Shown here: piece by piece, positions 42,744 to 50,776 of the stretch
How positions within the stretch are numbered: position 1 is the first letter of the stretch
Layout of the letters: the number at the start of each line of letters is the position of its first letter
From: a virus
Taxonomy: Duplodnaviria; Caudoviricetes
Length of the DNA: 50,776 nt
Strand: one strand, 5' to 3'
Virus record (IMG/VR): IMGVR_UViG_3300046816_000391
Span: 1-50,776 of that record
Made by a program: the position numbers and the translations under genes
Notes under the pieces: generated by a model
Told to the model about the DNA's origin: nothing
What the model saw: the letters and a program-made list of their open reading frames with translations, nothing else
Database searches by the model: none

Positions 42744-43124
42744 TTACTTTTTCTCCTGTGCATGTGGGTCGGTTTGAATGCCGCGTGCGGCGAGGGCCTG
42801 TTGCATGACACGTATATCCTCACGGGCTAGTGCGGAATTGCGCTCGGCAATCTGCACTCGGTCTCGCAGCGATTCCATGCGCTCGCTATAGACCATCGGC
42901 AAGACTATCGCCATGCCGAATGCCATCACGGAGAACGCGAACGCAATGATGGCAAGGTACAGTCCGGTACGGTCATGCAGTTCTGCATTTCCGCCTGTCG
43001 CGACGGGCCCGGTATTACCGGTGATCGATTCGTTCGGCGAGTCGTGATGGCGAATCAGAGTGGGTCTATCGTCTGTCACGGGAGAGCTGCTGGAGCTGCT
43101 GTTCGACACGGGTGGCTCGTTCAT
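42744..43124 (-). CDS. Single-TM coiled-coil protein
   Basis: LYLAIIAFAFSVMAFGMAIVLPMV helix followed by coiled coil. Confidence 0.65.
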   Translation of the reverse strand: MNEPPVSNSSSSSSPVTDDRPTLIRHHDSPNESITGNTGPVATGGNAELHDRTGLYLAIIAFAFSVMAFGMAIVLPMVYSERMESLRDRVQIAERNSALAREDIRVMQQALAARGIQTDPHAQEKK

Positions 43125-43527
43125 CCTGTTCCCTCTGGTGATCACGGATGTTCGAGATCATGGCCGACTGGGAAGAAATCTGCATGGATAGCGACCATGC
43201 GGCTCCGATTACGGGGCCTGCCACGCCCACCACAACCGCAACAACGGCCAGTACAAGGTGCCAGCGCTTGATGCTGTCACCCTTGTCCCCGTCACTGTCG
43301 CCATTCGAGAACCTAGGGGCCATGCTACGTCCGATGCGAATGCCCCTTTCTAAGTCATTTTCCGGATAGTCCTTCGGACCCCGCTCCTGCTGCTTCAGAC
43401 CCTCGAGCACGCCCCTTAGCGCAGCAAAGCGCGCGTCCAGCCAGAACTTGAATTTCGTGGTCTCGACTTCCGGGTCACGTTCCATGGCGCCCAGAAATGG
43501 AACCTCTTCGGTTTGTGCGTTCGGCAT
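43066..43527 (-). CDS. Single-TM coiled-coil protein
   Basis: LVLAVVAVVVGVAGPVIGAAW helix followed by coiled coil. Confidence 0.65.
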   Translation of the reverse strand: MPNAQTEEVPFLGAMERDPEVETTKFKFWLDARFAALRGVLEGLKQQERGPKDYPENDLERGIRIGRSMAPRFSNGDSDGDKGDSIKRWHLVLAVVAVVVGVAGPVIGAAWSLSMQISSQSAMISNIRDHQREQDERATRVEQQLQQLSRDRR

Positions 43528-43558
43528 GACTTCCCCGTCTAGCTTTTCTATTCTCTCA

Positions 43559-45820
43559 TCACTGCGCCAAATACCGGGACGACGGCGCAGAGTCGTTGTT
43601 GTCGATATGCGGAACTCGCGCCCTCAAGGTCGCATTGTCGAAATAGACAGTCTTCCCAATGGCGGCGCTCGCACGCGCGAGGAGATCCGTTGCCGTAGAG
43701 GAAATGAATCCGCCAACTTTGAGCAGTTTCCAGCCGCCGCCGGGATGATTCACGCCGCTTGAGAAAGTAGATCCGTCCGTCCAGAAAAGAGTTATGGAGC
43801 CATCCGCAGCCGCATCGGCCTTGACCCACATGGAAAGTTCCACGAAGGCCCCGAGGGCATATTTCAGACCATCCGTGATGAGCGTCGAATCCCCGCTTGC
43901 TGCGCTACTTCCGCCGACGAGCACCAAAGATGCCGGACTCTTGCGATTTGCTCCCGTGTGCCGGGATGACGAGCCGCCGCCGGGCGTCGAAAAAGTCCAG
44001 TTCGTAACATCCGCATCGAAGGTCGGATTCAGCAGCAGCTCGGTGTAATCGAGCGGGCAATCCGGAACTAGCACGTTCTGGCCACTGGCGAGATAGCCCG
44101 AGATCGCCTTGAAGCCGGTGTAATCCACGGGGCCCGGCAGAAAGCCGAAGCCGTCCACCTTGATGACGCCGTTCACGTTGTTGTCGAAGAACACCCCGTT
44201 ATGCTGGACGCGTTGGGAGATCTGCCAGCCACTCACGATGCTGGCGAGTGTGACCCCATTGTTGGCAGTGGTGGTGATGCTCACCGAGCCGGCAGAGTCG
44301 GTGGTAATCGTGCCGTAGCCTTGGAAGACGTTGTTCGCGTTGTAGAGCGCTACACGCGGGTAGCTGGTGGAAAGCCCTGAAGTCCAGCCGGTGGCGGTGA
44401 TGACACGCGGGGACGTTCCGGACGCGGCCGTGATGGGCCGCAGCTGTCGATCGTCGTAGCACTTGGCATCCACATTGATGCTGGTCGACCCGGCCGAAAA
44501 GTAAATGCCGTTCGGGAAGCTCGAGGCGAACGCAAGGACTCCCAGCGCTCGACCGTTGTTGTAGTACCGACCGCCTTTGACCGTGACGTTGTGCGAGGGA
44601 TCGTAGGAGGCGATCCCAGAGGCGTAGTTGTCGTACGCCTCACAGTCGATGTACTCGATGTCGTAGCAGGTCTCGGCCTCACCAGAAACGCCTGTGCCAC
44701 TGTCGTCAGCCGCGAGTGTGAAACCACCGTCATTGTTCTGCCAGCACAGACACCCGATGTACTTGATCGCATAGCTTCCCTGGTTGACGTTCAGCCCATC
44801 GCGGCCATTTTCTTGTGCCTCGCCTGCAATAATCGTGATGTGATGAGATCGATAACGAATCGCCATGCCGAAGGCGATAAAGCCGCTCGTGCTCAAGGTG
44901 AGCTGATAGCCGTAGCCGTTCCTATTCCAAGTACAACCGATAAATGTCTCATAGGATGAGGCGATGTGCTCAGAACCAAGCCCCGCATTGTCATCGAAAT
45001 GGCAGCGTGTGAATCTGGTACCGGTGGAGTAGTCACGCAGCCCGACCGCAGGACTTCTCGTGAGCACTACATCGGTCATTACAATATCGGATGCCGTATC
45101 GGCAAACTGCATAAGCCGCCCAACAGGCTCAGCGATAAAGGCAGATTGATTTCCGTCGACGGTCAAACCTGCGATCTTCACTCTGTCGCCCGTAAAGAGC
45201 AGATGCGTCGAGCCGTCCCCAACAAGACTCCAGCTATTGGCCTTGACCTTGAAGGTTGATCCGTTGCCGCGGATCTCGATACCGGAAGCCGTGACCGTGT
45301 TGAGCGGTCCGCACAGGTAGGTTGCGAACGGCAGATCGATGATCGCCGACCCAGCCTGATTCAGGACTGCCACCCAGTTGTTGAGGGCGTTCGTGTCATC
45401 GGTAAGGCCGTTGCCCGCAACGCCATAGCGGAAGGGATGCAGTGGCGGGTACGCGGAGTTAACCGGCGTCACCAAAGCCGCAATCTCGGCGTCCGTGATC
45501 TTGAGTGAATCCAGGCTCCCAGCCACCTCTGCGGAACTTAGGATGAGAGGGCTTGCAGGGTCCGTTTCCTGTGGATTCCCACCGTCCCTATCCGTCATTA
45601 CGACTTTTAGTGCGGTGGTTGCAGATGTATAGATCGCTGGGAAATATCCATCATTTTCAGCTACTACCGGGTTTGAATGTTCAATCGTCAAATCCGAGTC
45701 GTGATACACGATGACTGGCGTGCTGGTGCCGCTCAGATAGAAGCTTGCGAGCGCTCCCGGATACGGTGTGCCGTTGGCATCCAGATAGGACAGCCGCGGC
45801 ATGCATAAGAGAGTTGCCAT
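43559..45820 (-). CDS. Tailspike (virion-binding N-domain, beta-helix, C-terminal CBM-like domain)
   Basis: DANG.P..GA...Y.SGTSTP..VY.D...NPVV..DG anchor; YGV.GNG.TDDT.A beta-helix cap; LLNPTFDAD..NW jelly-roll start. Confidence 0.85.
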   Translation of the reverse strand: MATLLCMPRLSYLDANGTPYPGALASFYLSGTSTPVIVYHDSDLTIEHSNPVVAENDGYFPAIYTSATTALKVVMTDRDGGNPQETDPASPLILSSAEVAGSLDSLKITDAEIAALVTPVNSAYPPLHPFRYGVAGNGLTDDTNALNNWVAVLNQAGSAIIDLPFATYLCGPLNTVTASGIEIRGNGSTFKVKANSWSLVGDGSTHLLFTGDRVKIAGLTVDGNQSAFIAEPVGRLMQFADTASDIVMTDVVLTRSPAVGLRDYSTGTRFTRCHFDDNAGLGSEHIASSYETFIGCTWNRNGYGYQLTLSTSGFIAFGMAIRYRSHHITIIAGEAQENGRDGLNVNQGSYAIKYIGCLCWQNNDGGFTLAADDSGTGVSGEAETCYDIEYIDCEAYDNYASGIASYDPSHNVTVKGGRYYNNGRALGVLAFASSFPNGIYFSAGSTSINVDAKCYDDRQLRPITAASGTSPRVITATGWTSGLSTSYPRVALYNANNVFQGYGTITTDSAGSVSITTTANNGVTLASIVSGWQISQRVQHNGVFFDNNVNGVIKVDGFGFLPGPVDYTGFKAISGYLASGQNVLVPDCPLDYTELLLNPTFDADVTNWTFSTPGGGSSSRHTGANRKSPASLVLVGGSSAASGDSTLITDGLKYALGAFVELSMWVKADAAADGSITLFWTDGSTFSSGVNHPGGGWKLLKVGGFISSTATDLLARASAAIGKTVYFDNATLRARVPHIDNNDSAPSSRYLAQ

Positions 45821-45832
45821 TCATGATCCCCA

Positions 45833-45857
45833 AATAAAAAACCGCCCGAAGGCGGTT
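45833..45857 (-). terminator. Rho-independent terminator between ejection genes and tailspike
   Basis: AACCGCC-TTCG-GGCGGTT followed by TTTTATTT on minus strand. Confidence 0.8.
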
Positions 45858-45884
45858 CAATGAATCACCAGCATTGAGTCGTAG

Positions 45885-47768
45885 TTACAGAGCGTTGCCT
45901 GACTGTTCAGCCACCGATCCGGCGGTTGCGCCAACTCCAGCTGCTTTCAAGCGCTCGGAGAACTGGGCCATTCGTTGAGGTGTTGCCCGCTGCAGCATCT
46001 GTGCTGCAAGCTTCGGGTCTAGCATTGCTCTCGTCAGCGCCTCGTTGACCCCTTCGTCCGATCCGCCGAGTTTGTAGAGCCAATCGACTGGCTTCGTGAG
46101 CACCTTCACAAACCCTGGCAGATTCTTCCCGCCTGCACCGATGGCCTGCGCAATCGAAAGATTCTGGAATGTGTCCGAACCTGGCGCCTTGATGAGTGCG
46201 CTGTTGAGCGTCTGCCCATATTGAAGATCGGTCCGGATAGCGTTGAGATTCTCCAGCTGCTGCTCGGAGAGTTGTCCGCCCTTTTTTTGAAGGGCTACAT
46301 CCAATGCGCGCGTAAAATTGGACGTCCCAAGAAACTGCTGCCCTGTCGTGACATCGGCGGATGTCAGTTGGGCGCGGCGCTGAATCTCCTGAATGATCTT
46401 GGCCTGATCGATTGGCTTGGACATCTCTGCATAGCGTTGCAGGTAGGCTTTGAATCCAGGCGCTGCAAACTCGATGGCATCATCGAGACTTGAGCGAACG
46501 TCCAGCAGCTCCTTACGGGCAAGCCTGAATTTCGCTGCATCCCCGCCGAGCTTGCCCGCCATGGCATCCCCGATGTCCTGACGAATCGCATAGAGCTGGC
46601 TTGGGTCGGTCTCGCCATCGAGCTTGTCGCGCACCCATTTAAGCGCGGCCGAAGGAATATCCCGATTGCCGATCGGGCTTGCGAGAATTGCGTCAATCTT
46701 GTCTGCCACGATGTTGACGGGGGCTCCGATCGTGCCACCCACAGGATTCCCCAGCGCCGCCTCCCGCATGGCGCCAGTTTCGGCATTGCGGGTATTTTGC
46801 ATGGCGGCAATATCCGCAGGAGTGCCCGCCAGATCTCCCAGCGCTTTCTGTCGCGCGACATTCTGCTCTGACACTCTCTCGCCAAAGGGGGCGGGGCTCC
46901 GCCCGCGTACGCCCTTCTCCAGCGCCATAAGGCCAATGTCTTTCGAGGCCTCGCCCGTATTGCGGGCCGACCCCGGAACGATTTCGTCAGCGTTTTGCAG
47001 GTTTTCAATAGCTCCAATCGGATCTCGGGCCTGATTCGCCATTACATTGCCAGCGATGCGCTCCTGCCCGCTTCGGGTAAGCGGGGCAACGATATTCGAC
47101 GCCGCCCGTCCCACGCCCCGCAGAGTTTCCTCAACCGCCATCGGCGCAAAACCACCGGCAAGACCGGCGATAAGTTGCACGCCCTGTCCGTAGCCCTGTT
47201 GGCGCGCAATCTCACTGGCGCCGGCACCACTGGCGCCAGCGACTCCCGTGCGCACGAGATTCGGGATCTGACTCATCGCAAGCGGTGCAGCATTTGCCAA
47301 TGCGCCGCCCGTCAATGCGGCAGTAGTACCGCGAGTTACGGCGGTCTCCATATGCTCAACCGGCGTCTCGGGGTTGTAAGCACCCGCCGCATCGAGCCCT
47401 TTGCGCGTCAGGGAACTGATCGTCATGTCCGGCATATCCGGGAGTCCAAGCTGCTTACCGATCGCATTCCTGATCGGTCCGATCAGTTGCTCTTTCATGT
47501 CGAGCGGCAGGGCCAGCGTGTTGATGACGCCTTCCGCTGCAGCTCGACTGATGAGCGCGATATGACGCGCGGCACCTCCGTCTGGAGTCACCGCTTCATG
47601 TGCGGCCGCAGAACCGCTCGGAACAAGCCCGCTCTCCGTAACGTCGAAGCTGCGGCCAGTGCCGAAGCGTGGCTTTGCATCAGCGAACTGCGCCCATGGA
47701 TCATTGCCTGATGTGTCTGGTGCAGCAGATGTCGGCGCATCGGGGAACTGGTCCCATGCATCAGCCAT
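45885..47768 (-). CDS. DNA ejection / internal virion protein (P22 gp16-like position)
   Basis: Ala/Gly-rich helical protein, D(A/P)W.QF.DA twice at N-terminus, GS.T motif, AMLDPKLAA C-terminus. Confidence 0.7.
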   Translation of the reverse strand: MADAWDQFPDAPTSAAPDTSGNDPWAQFADAKPRFGTGRSFDVTESGLVPSGSAAAHEAVTPDGGAARHIALISRAAAEGVINTLALPLDMKEQLIGPIRNAIGKQLGLPDMPDMTISSLTRKGLDAAGAYNPETPVEHMETAVTRGTTAALTGGALANAAPLAMSQIPNLVRTGVAGASGAGASEIARQQGYGQGVQLIAGLAGGFAPMAVEETLRGVGRAASNIVAPLTRSGQERIAGNVMANQARDPIGAIENLQNADEIVPGSARNTGEASKDIGLMALEKGVRGRSPAPFGERVSEQNVARQKALGDLAGTPADIAAMQNTRNAETGAMREAALGNPVGGTIGAPVNIVADKIDAILASPIGNRDIPSAALKWVRDKLDGETDPSQLYAIRQDIGDAMAGKLGGDAAKFRLARKELLDVRSSLDDAIEFAAPGFKAYLQRYAEMSKPIDQAKIIQEIQRRAQLTSADVTTGQQFLGTSNFTRALDVALQKKGGQLSEQQLENLNAIRTDLQYGQTLNSALIKAPGSDTFQNLSIAQAIGAGGKNLPGFVKVLTKPVDWLYKLGGSDEGVNEALTRAMLDPKLAAQMLQRATPQRMAQFSERLKAAGVGATAGSVAEQSGNAL

Positions 47769-49114
47769 CAGGGACGCACCTTCACTCGTCCGTCGGGCGT
47801 AACGAAATGTGTACCGGAAGGCAGTGCCATGGCCTCCTGAGGCGTTTTCACCTGCACCGGTCCCTTTGAAGCATCAGCTCCAGATGCGGTCGGTAACCCT
47901 TGCTGAGTGGCGAAATCGGCAATCGTGGCTTTGGAGTTCTTCGACTGCTGAAGCATGGTGATGTCGTGATGTGTGAAGGGAACAGATTTCTGCACATCAC
48001 CGATGATGCTGCGGATCAGGTCTTTCTGAGCGGGAGCCAGTTTCGGATTCGCAAGCTGCGGCTTCAGGTTCTCTTCCACAATCTGGCGCATCTCGGCCAT
48101 CTTGCGCAGCTTCGTCATCTGCGTATCGCCTTCACCCAGCAGCACGTTGTTCATCGAGTTGGTGATCGCGCCGTTCGGAGCAAGGCCCGCCGTCTCAATG
48201 GTCGAGAGGTTGCGCGAGACCCCCGCGACCATCGTCTTGAAATCCTGCGCTTCCTGCCCCGTGACTTTCTGAGCCAGAACATTCTTACCCGACTGCATGA
48301 GGCCGTGACCGGGTTCAGCAGTTCCAAACCATCCGGAGCTGCTCGTGACAGGAAGCTCCATGATGTTCTGAATCGCTTTCGTAGCCGCCTGCGCTGAGGA
48401 CGCTACGCGGTTGAACATCACGGAGCTACGAGAATCCATGCCGGTTGAGGTGGTATTGGGATCAGCCGGGCCGCCGGGAATCGGCTCAAGGCCGCTCTTG
48501 TCAGCTTTCCACTGGTAGCCCGATGGGGGCGCGGTCCCCGCTGCCGGCTTGCTCTTTTCCCAGTCCAACTTGGCTTGCTCCAGCTGCAGTCGCTGTTTGT
48601 CATTGCCGAGCTGCGCCTGTTGGTAAGCTGTAATCGCATCCGGCTTGTCCGGAACTGCAGCGATTTCCTTCGTTCCCTGATAACGCTTCTCGCCAGGTTT
48701 CAGGGTGTATTCATCGCCCTTCACTGGCGTGATGCCGAGTTCCGCTGCGGCATGTGCGCCAACACCTTGGGCGAGTTGTTTTACCGTGTTGTCATCAACC
48801 GTCGACCAGTCCCGCCCGTGAGCCTGATAGTCCTTGATGAACTCCGGAAACTGCTGCTCGACGAGTGCCTTCGGATTATCGGAGGCCATCACCTGCTGAG
48901 AAGCGGCGTAGACCTTCTTTGCCTGCACTTCCCCGAACTGAATCTGCGCCTGCTTCTGCTGGGTGTCGTGAGATTCCTGTGCGCGCGTGTTCTCAGCATT
49001 GGCAAGCGCCATGCGCTGTTCTTGAGAATCCTGCGACAGACGTAGTGCACGACCCTGAAAGAACGCGCTGACTGGCTGGGCCAGAATCTGTCCTGCGGCG
49101 ATATCGTATGGCAT
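47768..49114 (-). CDS. DNA ejection / internal virion protein (P22 gp20-like position)
   Basis: Gln-rich coiled coil, PPSGYQW...LEPIPGGPAD, C-terminal LPSGTHFVTPDG domain. Confidence 0.7.
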   Translation of the reverse strand: MPYDIAAGQILAQPVSAFFQGRALRLSQDSQEQRMALANAENTRAQESHDTQQKQAQIQFGEVQAKKVYAASQQVMASDNPKALVEQQFPEFIKDYQAHGRDWSTVDDNTVKQLAQGVGAHAAAELGITPVKGDEYTLKPGEKRYQGTKEIAAVPDKPDAITAYQQAQLGNDKQRLQLEQAKLDWEKSKPAAGTAPPSGYQWKADKSGLEPIPGGPADPNTTSTGMDSRSSVMFNRVASSAQAATKAIQNIMELPVTSSSGWFGTAEPGHGLMQSGKNVLAQKVTGQEAQDFKTMVAGVSRNLSTIETAGLAPNGAITNSMNNVLLGEGDTQMTKLRKMAEMRQIVEENLKPQLANPKLAPAQKDLIRSIIGDVQKSVPFTHHDITMLQQSKNSKATIADFATQQGLPTASGADASKGPVQVKTPQEAMALPSGTHFVTPDGRVKVRP

Positions 49115-49848
49115 CAGGAGAGCCCTCCATATTTTGGCGTGTAGTTCATGCCATACACGCCGCTACCGCCGTTGTTGCCACTGTTCCCGTACATCGCATA
49201 CCCCATGGCGGCCTGATTGATCGCGTTACTCCACGCGTTACCCTGCGCGATGTAGCTCGACGCACGGGCATCCCCCGCGTTCGTCAATGCAGTCCCCACA
49301 TTCGCACCAGTCTGCTGGATGATGTTGGTACTGGCATTCGTTGCGGTCTGGCCAAATCCAGCAATTCCCGCGATGCGGTTGTATACGTTCTGATATTCCT
49401 GGCTCGCGTAATTCTCAGCGTATCGAAGCGCGCTCTTAGTTGCCGCTCCAGAAAGAACGCCGCCTTTCGCGGCTAGCGAGTTCTGAACCGCCTTGTCGCC
49501 CTCGGCGAGCCGAAATGCGTATCCGGGATCAGTCTTGAAATCGTAGGTGGGATAATCGGCAAGGTTTGGTGTTTCGAAAACACCCGTCGAGGGATTCTGC
49601 GCAAGATCGATCGTTCGACCTGATGGTGTGCCACGGGACAAACCCGTCATGTCCATCAGTGCGGCCGTAGCTGCGTAGGATGCCTGACGGTATGGCGCCT
49701 GAAGGGCGAGTGCCTGATCGCGTGATTCACGCTGGAAGGCAATAGAATCTGAGGCGGCGCCTGTCTGCGCATTGGCGCCTTTCTTGGCCGCCATGTTGCT
49801 GCCGACGGCACCGACAACAGCACCTCCGACTATGGCGGCGGCTACGAT
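49114..49848 (-). CDS. DNA ejection / pilot protein (P22 gp7-like); probable ATC start
   Basis: QAPY..A...DPGY.FRL.EG..A..NS.AAKGG.LSGA..K...YA...ASQEY motif; frame extends 18 codons upstream of ATG 49794 to an ATC with GAGGAG RBS. Confidence 0.8.
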   Translation of the reverse strand: MVAAAIVGGAVVGAVGSNMAAKKGANAQTGAASDSIAFQRESRDQALALQAPYRQASYAATAALMDMTGLSRGTPSGRTIDLAQNPSTGVFETPNLADYPTYDFKTDPGYAFRLAEGDKAVQNSLAAKGGVLSGAATKSALRYAENYASQEYQNVYNRIAGIAGFGQTATNASTNIIQQTGANVGTALTNAGDARASSYIAQGNAWSNAINQAAMGYAMYGNSGNNGGSGVYGMNYTPKYGGLS

Positions 49849-49873
49849 GTTCGCTGCTCCTCATTCGGTGCCA

Positions 49874-50332
49874 TTACTCTGCTCCCAGGTACTTCGAATA
49901 ATAAGTTTCAACCGGCGTGTAGCCGAGCTTTTCAAAAAGCCAGTTCGTATCCCTGTGCAGCTTCGAGCCCATGAACATGCGCTGTACTCCCCGGCGCTTG
50001 GCTTCCTGTTCGACGGCTTTGAAAAGCTGCAACCCCGCGCCTCGGCCTCGGTAATCAGGATGAACGTAAAAGATGTCCATCGTGAGCGTTAGGCATGTCT
50101 TGTAGTGCAGACCAGGCGCGATGAAGCCGACGAAGTAGCCGACGAGCAGGCCCAGCTCTCTACCGGCGACGAAGAGAACCTCGCCATGCTCATCTCGTCG
50201 CAGGTAGATGTCATACTGCGGATCGAGCGGCACATTGCCTTTGTCGAGCGCCAGCTCTTCCCAGTGAAGAGGAAAAAGCGGCTTCATCTCTTCCAAGTGT
50301 TCGGTCAGAGACTCCACCGCAAAAGTAATCAT
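49874..50332 (-). CDS. GNAT-family acetyltransferase
   Basis: DIFYVHPDYRGRGAGLQL acetyl-CoA motif, LFEKLGY. Confidence 0.9.
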   Translation of the reverse strand: MITFAVESLTEHLEEMKPLFPLHWEELALDKGNVPLDPQYDIYLRRDEHGEVLFVAGRELGLLVGYFVGFIAPGLHYKTCLTLTMDIFYVHPDYRGRGAGLQLFKAVEQEAKRRGVQRMFMGSKLHRDTNWLFEKLGYTPVETYYSKYLGAE

Positions 50333-50776
50333 TTAAAGTGACTCGTGCGAATGTCGGCGACGATGTGAATGCGGTCATCGGCGCTGTTGTTGATGACTTC
50401 GTGCTCGAGATCGTTCCGAAAGAACCATGCTTCCCCGGTTCTCATGCAGACTTCTTCCTCTTCACAGCGAAAGAGAGAGCCCGGCAATCCCTGCACGCAC
50501 AGGTGAAACCGCGAGTAATACGGCTCGTTGTCGTAGTACTTCGTGAGATCCCCTCCGATGTCTTTGTGCGGCAGGATGCGATTTCCCGGAGGCAAGCGAG
50601 AAACCAGCGCCCGCCCCAGTCGTTCTCCCTGAACCATTACCATGAGCGTCATGACGAGCGCCCGGGCAGCCGGAAGTTGCGACCATGCTGGGTAATTGAT
50701 CGACTCACGATGATCGACAAAAACTCCCGGATCGACCGACGCCTGACGGCATTTCTCAAGGTCATTCATCCGCAGC
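50329..50776 (-). CDS. 3' part of aspartyl/asparaginyl beta-hydroxylase family protein
   Basis: ILPHKD (HxD), RFH, GEAWFF.N..EHEV.N.S.DDRIH motifs. Confidence 0.88.
   Translation of the reverse strand, partial: LRMNDLEKCRQASVDPGVFVDHRESINYPAWSQLPAARALVMTLMVMVQGERLGRALVSRLPPGNRILPHKDIGGDLTKYYDNEPYYSRFHLCVQGLPGSLFRCEEEEVCMRTGEAWFFRNDLEHEVINNSADDRIHIVADIRTSHFK
50650..50776. repeat. Right copy of the 127-bp terminal overlap
   Basis: Identical to 1-127. Confidence 0.97.

Noticed and set aside
1-50776. Alternative genetic code
   Set aside because: Core genes are full length in the standard code and all three stop codons are used

Overview
The window is an apparently complete, circularly assembled temperate dsDNA tailed-phage genome of about 50,649 bp; bases 1-127 are identical to 50650-50776, an assembly overlap that cuts one gene. 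Virion genes are P22-like podovirus type: TerS/TerL, portal, scaffold, capsid, gp4/gp10-like tail hub, three ejection proteins, tailspike, and no tape measure. Regulation is lambdoid: divergent cro/cI with palindromic operators, and a Q-like gene followed by a pR'-like promoter and terminator. A tyrosine integrase sits beside an attP carrying the 3' half of tRNA-Lys(CTT). Nested spanins and CsrA indicate a Gram-negative, probably proteobacterial host. Most notable: (1) no recognisable replication gene, with the usual O/P/ori slot filled by a ~460-nt highly structured non-coding element containing a hammerhead-like core; (2) a 7.5-kb cassette upstream of the terminase whose proteins share a repeat, suggesting a modular branched virion fibre; (3) a multi-arm tRNA-like RNA in the early operon; (4) an ejection gene that appears to start at ATC; (5) accessory genes for an Asp/Asn hydroxylase, GNAT, HslV-like peptidase, GroES and CsrA. 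All calls come from motif recognition and gene context by eye; no database searches or folding programs were run.
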